A stretch of DNA of 24,000 bases from an uncultured Rhodospirillaceae bacterium (GTDB taxonomy: Bacteria > Pseudomonadota > Alphaproteobacteria > UBA8366 > GCA-2717185): contig CAYLTU010000006.1 in assembly GCA_964386465.1 (NCBI GenBank), positions 5,781 to 29,780 on the forward strand. Direction: 5' to 3'. The notes beneath the pieces are model-generated. The model did not search any database. It was given only the letters and a program-made list of their open reading frames with translations, and was not told the DNA's origin. Position 1 is the first letter of the stretch; each line of letters opens with the position of its first letter. Shown here one piece after another: positions 17,409-24,000 of this stretch. A program made the position numbers and the translations under genes.

Positions 17409-18542
17409 ATGTGTGGTCTGGATTTGGGACGGCACCGGGGCATTCTAACTTGGCGAGTTGGCGTCTTCGCTTGTACGCTCGTGGTGGCGGTATTACCGGC
17501 TAGCGCTCAGCAGCAATATTACGTATTCCCGCCAGGTTCTAGCCGCCCCAGTGTCATCGTCGATTTAGGCGTATTGGACAAGCTTGGGCCGCAACCGACC
17601 CTGCCGGGTATGCTTCGGTCGGGCCGTGCGCCTGTCGCCCCCGCGCCGAAAAGTGGCTTGCTTCCGCCACCGGCGGAACCGCCACGATCGCAACTTTCAC
17701 TGCCGCGGAGCTTCGCCTCGCGAGGCGCACCGCCGCGGCCGTCGCAGCGGGCAGCTTTAAGTGCGCCTCCGCCCCGACCCAGCATTGCACCACCGCCACA
17801 ACCGAAACGGCCCTCTTCCGCGGCGCTGGCTCCAAAGGCGACCGCGCGTCCGAAGGCGATGCCGCCGCCAAAAATCGCGCCCCCAACGCCAAGACCTCCG
17901 GCGGCGACCAGTGCTGCGCGCGCTATGCCGAAGGCGCCGCCGCCAAAGCGTGCACCGGTTCCTCCAAGGCCCGCCGTTCCGATAGTCGCGAATCCCACAC
18001 CCCCCGCACCCAAAACGGCGATGGCAACGCCCGCCGCCCCTAAGGCGAGACCACCAAGACCCGCCGCGGTACCGCCGCCGCCGGTCACACCTCGCGTACC
18101 GCCACCGCCGCGCAAGACAGTGTCGGGCATCGCCAAACCTCGGCCAAGCGTTCCGTCGCCGCCGAAAGCCACCCCCAAGACGCCGGCGCCGCAGGTTGCG
18201 TCAGTCCCACCGCCGACCAATACGGATGCGGATGGAACAATCCGGATTGGTTTCAATTCTACCTCGTCGGATTTACCGTCCTCCGCGACGGGCGCGCTGG
18301 ACAAACTCGTCGCTCGGATGAGCAGCGACACGGATATTCGCGTCCAGCTGCATGGTTACGCGAGTGGGGCGAGCGATTCACCGAGCCAAGCCCGCCGCCT
18401 TTCTCTCTTCCGTGCGCTGTCGGTGCGGACCTATCTGATGAAGAAAGGTATCCGCAGCACTCGTATCGATGTGCGTGCGCTTGGAAAAAAGGCCGACGGC
18501 GAGGACGCCAATCGCGTCGACGTAATTATCCGAAGATCGTGA
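17409..18542 (+). CDS. Secreted Pro/Ala-rich protein with C-terminal OmpA-like domain
   Basis: Signal-peptide-like N-terminus (WRVGVFACTLVVAVLPASA-QQ). About 230 aa of Pro/Ala/Lys-rich low complexity follows. The C-terminus IRVQLHGYASGASDSPSQARRLSLFRALSVRTYLMKKGI...RVDVIIR matches the OmpA_C pattern (NxxLSxxRAxxV), but GYAS replaces the canonical GHTD. The ORF track starts at the TTG at 17403, and the first ATG is 17409. Confidence 0.7.
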   Translation: MCGLDLGRHRGILTWRVGVFACTLVVAVLPASAQQQYYVFPPGSSRPSVIVDLGVLDKLGPQPTLPGMLRSGRAPVAPAPKSGLLPPPAEPPRSQLSLPRSFASRGAPPRPSQRAALSAPPPRPSIAPPPQPKRPSSAALAPKATARPKAMPPPKIAPPTPRPPAATSAARAMPKAPPPKRAPVPPRPAVPIVANPTPPAPKTAMATPAAPKARPPRPAAVPPPPVTPRVPPPPRKTVSGIAKPRPSVPSPPKATPKTPAPQVASVPPPTNTDADGTIRIGFNSTSSDLPSSATGALDKLVARMSSDTDIRVQLHGYASGASDSPSQARRLSLFRALSVRTYLMKKGIRSTRIDVRALGKKADGEDANRVDVIIRRS

Positions 18543-18591
18543 CCTCGGCTGTCATGGCTGCAATTGGAATTAACTACCGCCGGCGGAGGGT

Positions 18592-19752
18592 ATGATGGAC
18601 GTCCAGAGCGTGACTCAGCCCTCCCGGTATCTTACGCGCATGGCGTTCTTTCTCGGCGTCGTCGCCGCGACCGCCGCACTGCTGTTTCCCCAACTTCGCG
18701 CCGCGTTCGTCGCGAATACCGTTCTAAACGGTGTCATTCTGGGCGTTCTTTTGATCGGTATCATTCACGCGTTCAGGACGGTGACGATGCTGCGCGGCGA
18801 AATTGCCTGGATCGAAAGTTTCCGCCGCGAGAATATGGTCGTCACCAGCGCGGCGACGCCCCGGCTCCTGGCGCCGATGGCGACCATGCTGGGCGAAAGC
18901 TCGGACAAGATCAGCCTGTCGACCATCGCGATGCGCACCCTACTGGACGGAATCGCGGCACGTCTCGACGAAAGCCGCGAAATTTCCCGCTATATGATCG
19001 GATTGCTGGTTTTTCTTGGTCTTTTGGGCACGTTCTGGGGCCTTCTGGAGACTGTCCAGGCCATCGGCAGTGTCGTCGGGGGGCTGAACATCGCGGGTGC
19101 CGATCTAGGCTCCGCGTTCAACGATTTAAAGCAAGGTCTGCAGGCCCCGATCTCGGGGATGGGAACGGCGTTCAGTTCCTCTCTGTTCGGTCTCGCGGGC
19201 TCTCTTGTCCTCGGTTTTCTCGAATTGCAGGCCGGACAGGCGCAAAACAGGTTCTACAACGAGTTGGAAGAATGGCTCTCCGGCCTGACCCGGCTGGGCA
19301 GCGGCGCGATCGGCGGTATCGAAGGCGGCGACCAGTCGGTGCCCGCCTATATTCAAGCGCTCCTCGAACAAACCGCGGACGGTCTCGAAGGCATGCAGCG
19401 CGCGCTTGCCCGAAGCGAAGATAACCGAACGGATTATAGCCGCAATATATTCGAGCTAACCGAGCGTATCGGCGCCCTCTCCAATCAGATGGCGACCGAA
19501 CAGAAGCTGATGCTTAAGCTAGCGGAAAGCCAGTCGGAACTTACGCCGATTTTGGGCAAGCTTGCCGAATCGGGCGGACACTCGTCGTCGGATGAAGTCA
19601 CGCATGCCTATCTGCGAAATATCGAAACCTACTTGAGTCGCATCCACGAGGATACAGGACCCGGCCGCGCCGATGCTGTTCAGGAAATTCGCAATGAAAT
19701 CAGATTGCTGGCGCGTACGATCGCGGCATTGGCCGAAGAACCGGAACGCTAG
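18592..19752 (+). CDS. MotA/TolQ/ExbB-family channel protein, 4 TM, with about 170-aa helical C-terminal tail
   Basis: GGAGGG lies 4 nt upstream of the ATG. LVFLGLLGTFWGLLETVQAI aligns with TolQ APFIGLFGTVYGIMNSFQSI in this same window. GMGTAFSSSLFGLAGSLVLGFL aligns with TolQ GIAEALFATALGLVAAIPAVVA. There are two N-terminal TMs, a loop of about 80 aa, two core TMs, then a long helical tail (…ELTERIGALSNQMATEQKLMLKLAESQSEL…). Confidence 0.8.
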   Translation: MMDVQSVTQPSRYLTRMAFFLGVVAATAALLFPQLRAAFVANTVLNGVILGVLLIGIIHAFRTVTMLRGEIAWIESFRRENMVVTSAATPRLLAPMATMLGESSDKISLSTIAMRTLLDGIAARLDESREISRYMIGLLVFLGLLGTFWGLLETVQAIGSVVGGLNIAGADLGSAFNDLKQGLQAPISGMGTAFSSSLFGLAGSLVLGFLELQAGQAQNRFYNELEEWLSGLTRLGSGAIGGIEGGDQSVPAYIQALLEQTADGLEGMQRALARSEDNRTDYSRNIFELTERIGALSNQMATEQKLMLKLAESQSELTPILGKLAESGGHSSSDEVTHAYLRNIETYLSRIHEDTGPGRADAVQEIRNEIRLLARTIAALAEEPER

Positions 19753-19855
19753 GAGCCTCTCCGGTCGATACAGTTCGTAAGAATTACTCGGACAGGCTCC
19801 TGGTCGACGCAGAAGGGTCGGATGAGCGCAAGACGTAAGAAGGGACGATAAACCG

Positions 19856-21121
19856 ATGCCAGCTCAGGCGCGGCGTGCGCGAAGTGCGACGAACATCTGG
19901 CCCGGTTTCGTCGATGCGTTGGCGACGCTTCTCATGGTCATCATCTTTCTGCTGATGATCTTCGTCGTCGCGCAATTCTATCTCAATGACGCGCTCATAG
20001 GACGCGATAAGGCCCTGGACAAGCTCAACCAGCAAGTCGTCGAACTTGCCGAGCTGCTTTCCCTGGAACGCCGCGAGAGTCGCGATCTCCGCAACAACGT
20101 GGCGCAGATTTCAACGGAGCTGCAAAGTTCTTTGGCGGAACGGGACAATCTTTCGACACAGCTCAACAATTTGTTGGGGATAAAAGCCAATTTCGACGCG
20201 GCTCAATCGGAACTTGCCGAAATTCGGAAGGAACGCGAGACCCTTGCCGCCGAACGCGCAGCCCTTTCGGGTGAGTTGGAGGAAACCTATAAGCGACTGG
20301 AGGACGCGCACAAGACGATAACCGTGGACAAGGAGACGATAGAAGTCCAACTCTCGAAACTGGCGACCTTGCAACAGGACATCGTGGCGCTTCAGGCCTT
20401 GCGCGACGAACTCAGCAGCAGAATCGGTGCGGCGATGCGGGCCGCGGAATCGAAGGCCAAATCGCTTAGCGAGGAGCGTAAAGTGTCGCTTGCAGTGAAA
20501 GCCCAGGTTGCGCTGTTGAACCGCCAGTTGGCGGAAATTCGCAGGCAAGTGGCGACGCTAAACAAAGCATTGGATGCCTCGGAGGTGCGGGACAAGGAAT
20601 CACAGGTTAAGATAGCCAATCTCGGGCAGCGCCTGAACGCCGCCCTGGCAAGCAAGGTTCAGGAACTTGCACGCTATCGGTCGGAGTTTTTTGGACGACT
20701 GCGAAAGGTCCTCGGTAACCGGCGCGATATCCAGATCGTCGGCGACCGGTTTGTTTTCCAATCCGAAGTACTGTTTGCGTCGGGTTCCGATATTCTCGCG
20801 CCGGCCGGCCGGCTTCAGATGGCGAAACTGGGCAAGACGCTGACGGCGATAACGGCCACCATTCCGCCCGACATCAATTGGATTCTGCGGGTCGATGGCC
20901 ATACCGACAGGGTGCCGATCAAGACGAAGCGGTTTCCGTCGAATTGGGAACTGTCCGCCGCCCGAGCTATCTCGGTGGTCAAGTTTCTGATGGCGCAAGG
21001 CATTTCGGCAAATCGTTTCGCGGCGGCCGGTTTCGGTGAATTTCAACCACTCGACGCCCGCAATGATGAATTCGCCTACCGTAGAAACCGGCGCATCGAA
21101 CTCAAACTCGACCAGCGCTAG
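19856..21121 (+). CDS. MotB-like protein: TM with conserved Asp, about 230-aa coiled coil, C-terminal OmpA/MotB peptidoglycan-binding domain
   Basis: The N-terminus [31 protein letters not shown] carries Asp20 (codon 19913..19915), in the position of the MotB/TolR proton-binding Asp. Compare TolR PFVDVMLVLLIVF in this window. Residues ~50-285 are heptad-rich ([36 protein letters not shown]...). The C-terminus [10 protein letters not shown]...[11 protein letters not shown]...[16 protein letters not shown]...[10 protein letters not shown] is a canonical OmpA_C/MotB domain. Confidence 0.8.
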   Translation: MPAQARRARSATNIWPGFVDALATLLMVIIFLLMIFVVAQFYLNDALIGRDKALDKLNQQVVELAELLSLERRESRDLRNNVAQISTELQSSLAERDNLSTQLNNLLGIKANFDAAQSELAEIRKERETLAAERAALSGELEETYKRLEDAHKTITVDKETIEVQLSKLATLQQDIVALQALRDELSSRIGAAMRAAESKAKSLSEERKVSLAVKAQVALLNRQLAEIRRQVATLNKALDASEVRDKESQVKIANLGQRLNAALASKVQELARYRSEFFGRLRKVLGNRRDIQIVGDRFVFQSEVLFASGSDILAPAGRLQMAKLGKTLTAITATIPPDINWILRVDGHTDRVPIKTKRFPSNWELSAARAISVVKFLMAQGISANRFAAAGFGEFQPLDARNDEFAYRRNRRIELKLDQR

Positions 21122-21149
21122 TGGACACAATCCAGCAAATGGTACACCC

Positions 21150-21178
21150 TTGCCTTCAACTTCAGTCTCCGCTATACC
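21150..21178 (+). promoter_or_regulatory. Candidate sigma70-type promoter for rpmE
   Basis: TTGCCT (21150..21155), a 17-nt spacer, then TATACC (21173..21178), 29 nt upstream of the rpmE GTG. Confidence 0.3.
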
Positions 21179-21206
21179 CGCGCTCTGTTTTGCCGGGAGT
21201 CAGACC

Positions 21207-21431
21207 GTGAAAAAAGAAATCCACCCCGAATATCATGAGATTACCGTCGAAATGACGGACGGGACCACTTACAAGACGCGCTCGACGTGGGGTGAACCCG
21301 GCGCAACGCTCAAGCTTGAAATCGATCCCTCTTCGCATCCGGCGTGGACCGGCGTGCATCGCCTGATCGATTCCGGTGGCCAGCTCGCCAAGTTCAATAA
21401 GCGCTTTGAGGGTTTTGGGCTGAAGTCGTAA
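21207..21431 (+). CDS. rpmE: 50S ribosomal protein L31
   Basis: A GTG start at 21207 is preceded by GGGAG (21195..21199). The product (V/M)[28 protein letters not shown]...HPAWTG is the L31 signature. The ORF-track start at 21036 overlaps the preceding gene and adds non-L31 residues. Confidence 0.9.
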   Translation: MKKEIHPEYHEITVEMTDGTTYKTRSTWGEPGATLKLEIDPSSHPAWTGVHRLIDSGGQLAKFNKRFEGFGLKS

Positions 21432-21903
21432 GGGGCCTTAAATCCGGCTTTTCCCCGGCAGGCAGGCGTACCGGTTTGCCGCCGGCGGCCAATCGAACAC
21501 CAATTTGACTTTCCAGACGGTTGACCCTGCAATAAAGGTCATAACTGCGCTGCAGTAAGGCGCGAAGCTGCGGCGGCAAATGATCCGCCTGCCCCGTTTC
21601 GTTATCCAGACAGACCGCCTGGCCCGATAGCCTGTAAACCCTCGACGCGCCCTGTGCCGGTGTCAGTTCCTTACTGTGTACCGCTTTTTGCGCCAGGATC
21701 CAGGCCATGACCTGGGTCAACCGCGTCGTAAGGCGCATCGTTTCGAGCGTAAAATCGAGGTAGTCGGGTTTGCTCTGCGCATCCAGGGACCATTGCCGCC
21801 GCGCTGCCGCGATATAGTTGCGGGCCTCGACCAGCAACGAAAACGCTTCATCATGCAAAGCGGAGAAGTATGTCGGCGTTACGCTACGGTCCATCTTGCC
21901 CAA
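21394..21903 (-). CDS. rcdA: DUF1465 family protein (RcdA-like proteolysis adaptor)
   Basis: 169 aa. The core [22 protein letters not shown] matches the DUF1465 signature (E.MRLTTRLMQ..SWLL.QRAV) whose founding member is Caulobacter RcdA. The N-terminal [11 protein letters not shown] is also typical. The 3' end overlaps convergent rpmE by 38 nt. Confidence 0.6.
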   Translation of the reverse strand: MGKMDRSVTPTYFSALHDEAFSLLVEARNYIAAARRQWSLDAQSKPDYLDFTLETMRLTTRLTQVMAWILAQKAVHSKELTPAQGASRVYRLSGQAVCLDNETGQADHLPPQLRALLQRSYDLYCRVNRLESQIGVRLAAGGKPVRLPAGEKPDLRPLTTSAQNPQSAY

Positions 21904-22031
21904 TTCGAAGAAGTATTAATTTTCAATCGTCCCGAATATCCTACCATAATTTCCTTTCATCTCCTACGAAACGATCAATTTTGGTTAATTTCCAATACGT
22001 TGGGATGTCGATCTTGGCATTCCGCCATACT

Positions 22032-22059
22032 CTTGAACAGGCTGAAATCATGCCTACAT
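22032..22059 (+). promoter_or_regulatory. Candidate RpoH (sigma32)-type heat-shock promoter
   Basis: CTTG (22032..22035), 17 nt, then CCTACAT (22053..22059). The published alphaproteobacterial consensus is CTTG-N17-CYTATNT, so there is one mismatch. It lies about 100 nt upstream of the hsp20 start. Confidence 0.4.
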
Positions 22060-22137
22060 GTTGCTTGCGCTTGATGCCGATCTCGGGTCCAGCGCGGTTA
22101 AATCAGGGCTTGGCCATGGTGGCGGGCCCGCTGAAAT

Positions 22138-22163
22138 CCATGTCGCTTGCAAGGAGGATATGG
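22138..22163 (+). promoter_or_regulatory. ROSE-like RNA thermometer hairpin masking the SD of the hsp20 gene
   Basis: Pairs: C38-G63, C39-G62, A40-U61, U41-A60, G42-U59, U43-A58, C44-G57, G45 bulged, C46-G56, U47-A55, U48-G54, with loop GCAAG. The 5' arm contains UCGCU, which fits the ROSE anti-SD motif U(U/C)GCU, and there is a bulged G opposite the SD AAGGAGG (22151..22157). Confidence 0.5.
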
Positions 22164-22165
22164 CA

Positions 22166-22621
22166 ATGCGCACGTTTGATATGACCCCCCTATTTCGAAA
22201 TTCCGTTGGATTCGACCGGATGGCCCGGCTGCTGGACGGCGTCGCCGCCGACCAGGCACCGACCTATCCGCCCTATAACATCGAAAAGGTCGACGAAGAG
22301 GCCTATCGGATAACGATGGCTGTCGCCGGTTTCGCCGAAGCCGATCTCGATGTTCAGGTGAAAGACAATCAGCTGACGATTTCCGGAAACGTCGGAAGCC
22401 AGGGCGAAAAAGGCGAAGAAATGCAGTATCTGCACCGCGGGATAGCCGAGCGCGCCTTCGAGCGCCGCTTCAACCTGGCAGATCACATCAAGGTTGCGGG
22501 TGCGAACCTCGTCAACGGCCTGCTGCACGTCGACCTTGTCCGTGAAGTTCCGGAAGCGATGAAGCCCCGGAATATCGCCATCAACAACAACGTAAAGGTG
22601 ATCGGCGACAAAGCGGCCTAG
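22166..22621 (+). CDS. ibpA: Small heat-shock protein, Hsp20/IbpA family
   Basis: The start is re-called to the ATG at 22166, 8 nt after AAGGAGG. MRTFDMTPLFRNSVGFDRMARLLDG parallels E. coli IbpA [24 protein letters not shown]. The alpha-crystallin core is present (YRITMAVAGFAEADLDVQVKDNQLTISG...RRFNLADHIKVAGANLVNGLLHVDL). Confidence 0.9.
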   Translation: MRTFDMTPLFRNSVGFDRMARLLDGVAADQAPTYPPYNIEKVDEEAYRITMAVAGFAEADLDVQVKDNQLTISGNVGSQGEKGEEMQYLHRGIAERAFERRFNLADHIKVAGANLVNGLLHVDLVREVPEAMKPRNIAINNNVKVIGDKAA

Positions 22622-22642
22622 ATCCGATCGAAGACCGCGAAG

Positions 22643-22675
22643 ACGGGCGCGCCGAAATCACCGGCGCGCCCGTTT
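22643..22675. terminator. GC-rich hairpin between convergent genes (likely intrinsic terminator, mainly for ibpA)
   Basis: ACGGGCGCGCCG (22643..22654) pairs perfectly over 12 bp with CGGCGCGCCCGT (22662..22673) around the loop AAATCAC. It is followed by TT(T) on the plus strand. It sits between the ibpA stop (22621) and the thioesterase stop (22674). Confidence 0.6.
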
Positions 22676-23156
22676 AGCATTCACTGCCATTGGCGACTAA
22701 GGGCTGCAGCGCGGCCCTGATCGCGTCGGGAACGGGCTTGGGACGGCGACTTTCGCGATCGATCCAGACATGGACGAAGTGACCGAAGGCCGCAGGCTCT
22801 TCATCCCCCTCGCGGAACAAACCAATTTCGTAGCGTACGCTGCTGTTTCCCAATCTAACGACCTTGATCCCGGCGTCGATTGTCTCGGGAAATCCGAGCT
22901 CCTTTCGGAACTGGCATGCAGTTTCGACGACGACGCCGAAAGCCTGTGATTCCTGCGATTTTAAACCGCCTTCGCGGACCAGATGCTCGGATACCGCTGT
23001 ATCGAAATAGGAGTAGTAGACGACATTGTTTACGTGACCGTACACGTCGCAATCCTGCCAACGTGTCGGAATGGAGAGGAATCGGGCGAAATCATCCCGT
23101 TTCGGATCGGTAATATCGGTCAACCGGCTATCCCCGAAGGAAACCGACAAGCGCAT
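22674..23156 (-). CDS. Acyl-CoA thioesterase, 4HBT/hotdog superfamily
   Basis: IPTRWQDCDVYGHVNNVVYYSYFDTAVSEHL is the 4HBT catalytic-region pattern. The start is uncertain: the ATG at 23156 overlaps the upstream gene by 29 nt, and an alternative TTG at 23123 follows GGGGA. Confidence 0.75.
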   Translation of the reverse strand: MRLSVSFGDSRLTDITDPKRDDFARFLSIPTRWQDCDVYGHVNNVVYYSYFDTAVSEHLVREGGLKSQESQAFGVVVETACQFRKELGFPETIDAGIKVVRLGNSSVRYEIGLFREGDEEPAAFGHFVHVWIDRESRRPKPVPDAIRAALQPLVANGSEC

Positions 23157-23922
23157 CAAGCGTCTCGCCGGGTGCCTCGACCATCATCATATGGCCCGAT
23201 TCAGGCAGAATAGTTCGTTCGCTATTCGGTAAGGCCTCGACCAGGGGTGCCGCCGCCTTGACGGGAGTCATCTTGTCTTTGCCACCAAGCAAGCAAAGCG
23301 CGGGGCATTGGACGCGTGTAGCGGCTTCGAGCGCATTGGAATAGGCGTCGGACGCGGCCAGGTCATTCGCCAGGACACCAGGGGCCGCCCGCTCCAGTAA
23401 CCTCGTTCCGGTCTGGATCAGCCAAATTCCCGAAGCAATATTGCCGCCACGGTGCGCGCGCGCACCATGTCCCCAATCGGTAATCAATTCAAAGGCTTTG
23501 GGATCGTTCGCGCTTGCCGCCGCCAGCAAATCCGGATGCACCGGCATCTTCGCGGCGATGCCCAGTAAAGCGATCCTGCCGATCTTCCCGGGATGGCGGG
23601 CAGCAGCCTCCAACGCGGCCAAAGCGCCCATGGAATGTCCGACAATCGAGGCGCGGTCGGCGCCGACCGCGTCGATGGTGTCAGCGATCCAATCGCCCAC
23701 ACCCTGAATGTCGGCGATCGGATCGCCATCGCTGATGCCATGCCCTGGCAAGTCCACCGCCAAAACACCGTAGCCGTGATGCGCGAAATAGCGCGCCTGC
23801 TGCTGCCAGACGCTGTGATCCATACCGGCGCCATGCACGAAAAGAACGGTCGGCAATGCCGGATCGAACGTCTTGCCGCCGGTCGATGCGAAAACATCAT
23901 GGCCGCGTACGGAAAACTTCAT
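23128..23922 (-). CDS. Alpha/beta-fold hydrolase
   Basis: 264 aa. VLFVHGAGMDHSVW, the nucleophile elbow GHSMGA, and the C-terminal SGHMMMVEAP (catalytic His region) are present. Confidence 0.8.
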   Translation of the reverse strand: MKFSVRGHDVFASTGGKTFDPALPTVLFVHGAGMDHSVWQQQARYFAHHGYGVLAVDLPGHGISDGDPIADIQGVGDWIADTIDAVGADRASIVGHSMGALAALEAAARHPGKIGRIALLGIAAKMPVHPDLLAAASANDPKAFELITDWGHGARAHRGGNIASGIWLIQTGTRLLERAAPGVLANDLAASDAYSNALEAATRVQCPALCLLGGKDKMTPVKAAAPLVEALPNSERTILPESGHMMMVEAPGETLDALVGFLRG

Positions 23923-23925
23923 GAC

Positions 23926-24000
23926 TCAGACCCTTCCAGCAGCGCGGAGCGCCCGGTTCAGATCGGAAATCAGATCGTCGGTATCTTCCAGCCCGACGGA
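23926..24000 (-). CDS. C-terminal 24 codons of a Cys/Met-metabolism PLP-dependent enzyme (partial, runs off the window end)
   Basis: Not in the ORF track. The reverse-strand translation SVGLEDTDDLISDLNRALRAAGRV* matches the conserved C-terminal (R)LSVG(L/I)ED..DLI.DL..AL of the cystathionine lyase/synthase and O-acylhomoserine sulfhydrylase family. The stop lies 3 nt before the hydrolase start. Confidence 0.5.
   Translation of the reverse strand, partial: SVGLEDTDDLISDLNRALRAAGRV

Noticed and set aside
17519-18331. 270-aa Gly/Ala-rich ORF on the minus strand, plus other overlapping ORFs (17554..17892, 17761..17985), inside the Pro-rich gene
   Set aside because: This is an antisense shadow of CCN/GCN-rich Pro/Ala codons. 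The plus-strand frame has a signal peptide and a recognisable OmpA-like C-terminus, while the minus-strand product is pure low complexity with no start context.
19822-19851. Nine-codon mini-ORF MSARRKKGR* just upstream and out of frame with the MotB-like gene, resembling a basic MotB N-terminus (possible frameshift)
   Set aside because: The downstream ATG at 19856 already supplies a basic N-terminus ([10 protein letters not shown]) directly before the TM. The in-frame upstream sequence hits a stop at 19823..19825. There is no homopolymer or slippery site, so this is probably coincidence.
18592-21121. Zorya (ZorA/ZorB) anti-phage system
   Set aside because: The MotA-like protein with a helical tail plus a MotB-like protein superficially resembles ZorAB. 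However, the tail is far shorter than the ZorA tails I know of, and here the long coiled coil is on the periplasmic B-like subunit. No ZorC/D/E-type nuclease or helicase genes follow (the next gene is rpmE). The flanks are housekeeping genes rather than a defence island.
22058-22165. N-terminal extension of the hsp20 ORF (track start 22058) and the in-stem ATG at 22160
   Set aside because: The extension covers the predicted promoter-proximal leader. The ATG at 22160 is only 2 nt from the SD. The ATG at 22166 has 8-nt spacing and reproduces the IbpA N-terminus.
1-24000. CRISPR arrays, tRNA/rRNA genes, transposases, integrases, prophage or toxin-antitoxin modules
   Set aside because: No regularly spaced direct repeats, cloverleaf-compatible intergenic segments, or recognisable mobile-element proteins were seen. 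Apart from the 263-bp palindromic element, the window reads as conserved core chromosome.

Overview
GC-rich chromosomal core region, most consistent with an alphaproteobacterium. This taxonomic call is an inference from gene content: a DUF1465/RcdA-like gene, a ZauP-like gene next to zapA, a ROSE-type leader on an hsp20 gene, and an alpha-type sigma32 promoter. Gene order from left to right: (1) A tightly packed minus-strand array, yebC-ruvC-ruvA-ruvB-ybgC-tolQ-tolR-tolA-tolB(partial), with several ATGA-type stop/start overlaps. (2) A plus-strand orphan response regulator plus an Hpt-like phosphotransfer gene. (3) A minus-strand block of ZauP-like, zapA, 6S RNA (ssrS, absent from the ORF track), 5-formyl-THF cyclo-ligase and a YmdB-type phosphoesterase. 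(4) A plus-strand central-carbon block of tkt, gap, a hypothetical gene, a PNPOx-like gene, then class I aldolase, thiE, efp and suhB. (5) A three-gene envelope module at 17.4-21.1 kb. (6) rpmE, an RcdA-like gene, a heat-shock ibpA-type gene with a sigma32-like promoter and ROSE-like thermometer hairpin, a thioesterase, an alpha/beta hydrolase, and the tail of a Cys/Met PLP enzyme. The most interesting item is the three-gene module. It encodes a Pro-rich OmpA-like protein, a 4-TM MotA/TolQ-like channel with a long helical tail, and a MotB-like protein with a conserved TM Asp, a roughly 230-aa coiled coil and a canonical OmpA/MotB peptidoglycan-binding domain. It looks like a second, uncharacterised ion-driven stator-type system next to the canonical Tol-Pal genes in the same window. 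The second item is a 263-bp nested-palindrome (MITE/RIME-like) element that exactly fills the fbaB-thiE gap and overlaps both the fbaB stop and the thiE start codon. No CRISPR array, tRNA, rRNA, transposase or integrase was seen. Many ORF-track entries are antisense shadows or N-terminally over-extended, and starts were re-called where the sequence supports it.
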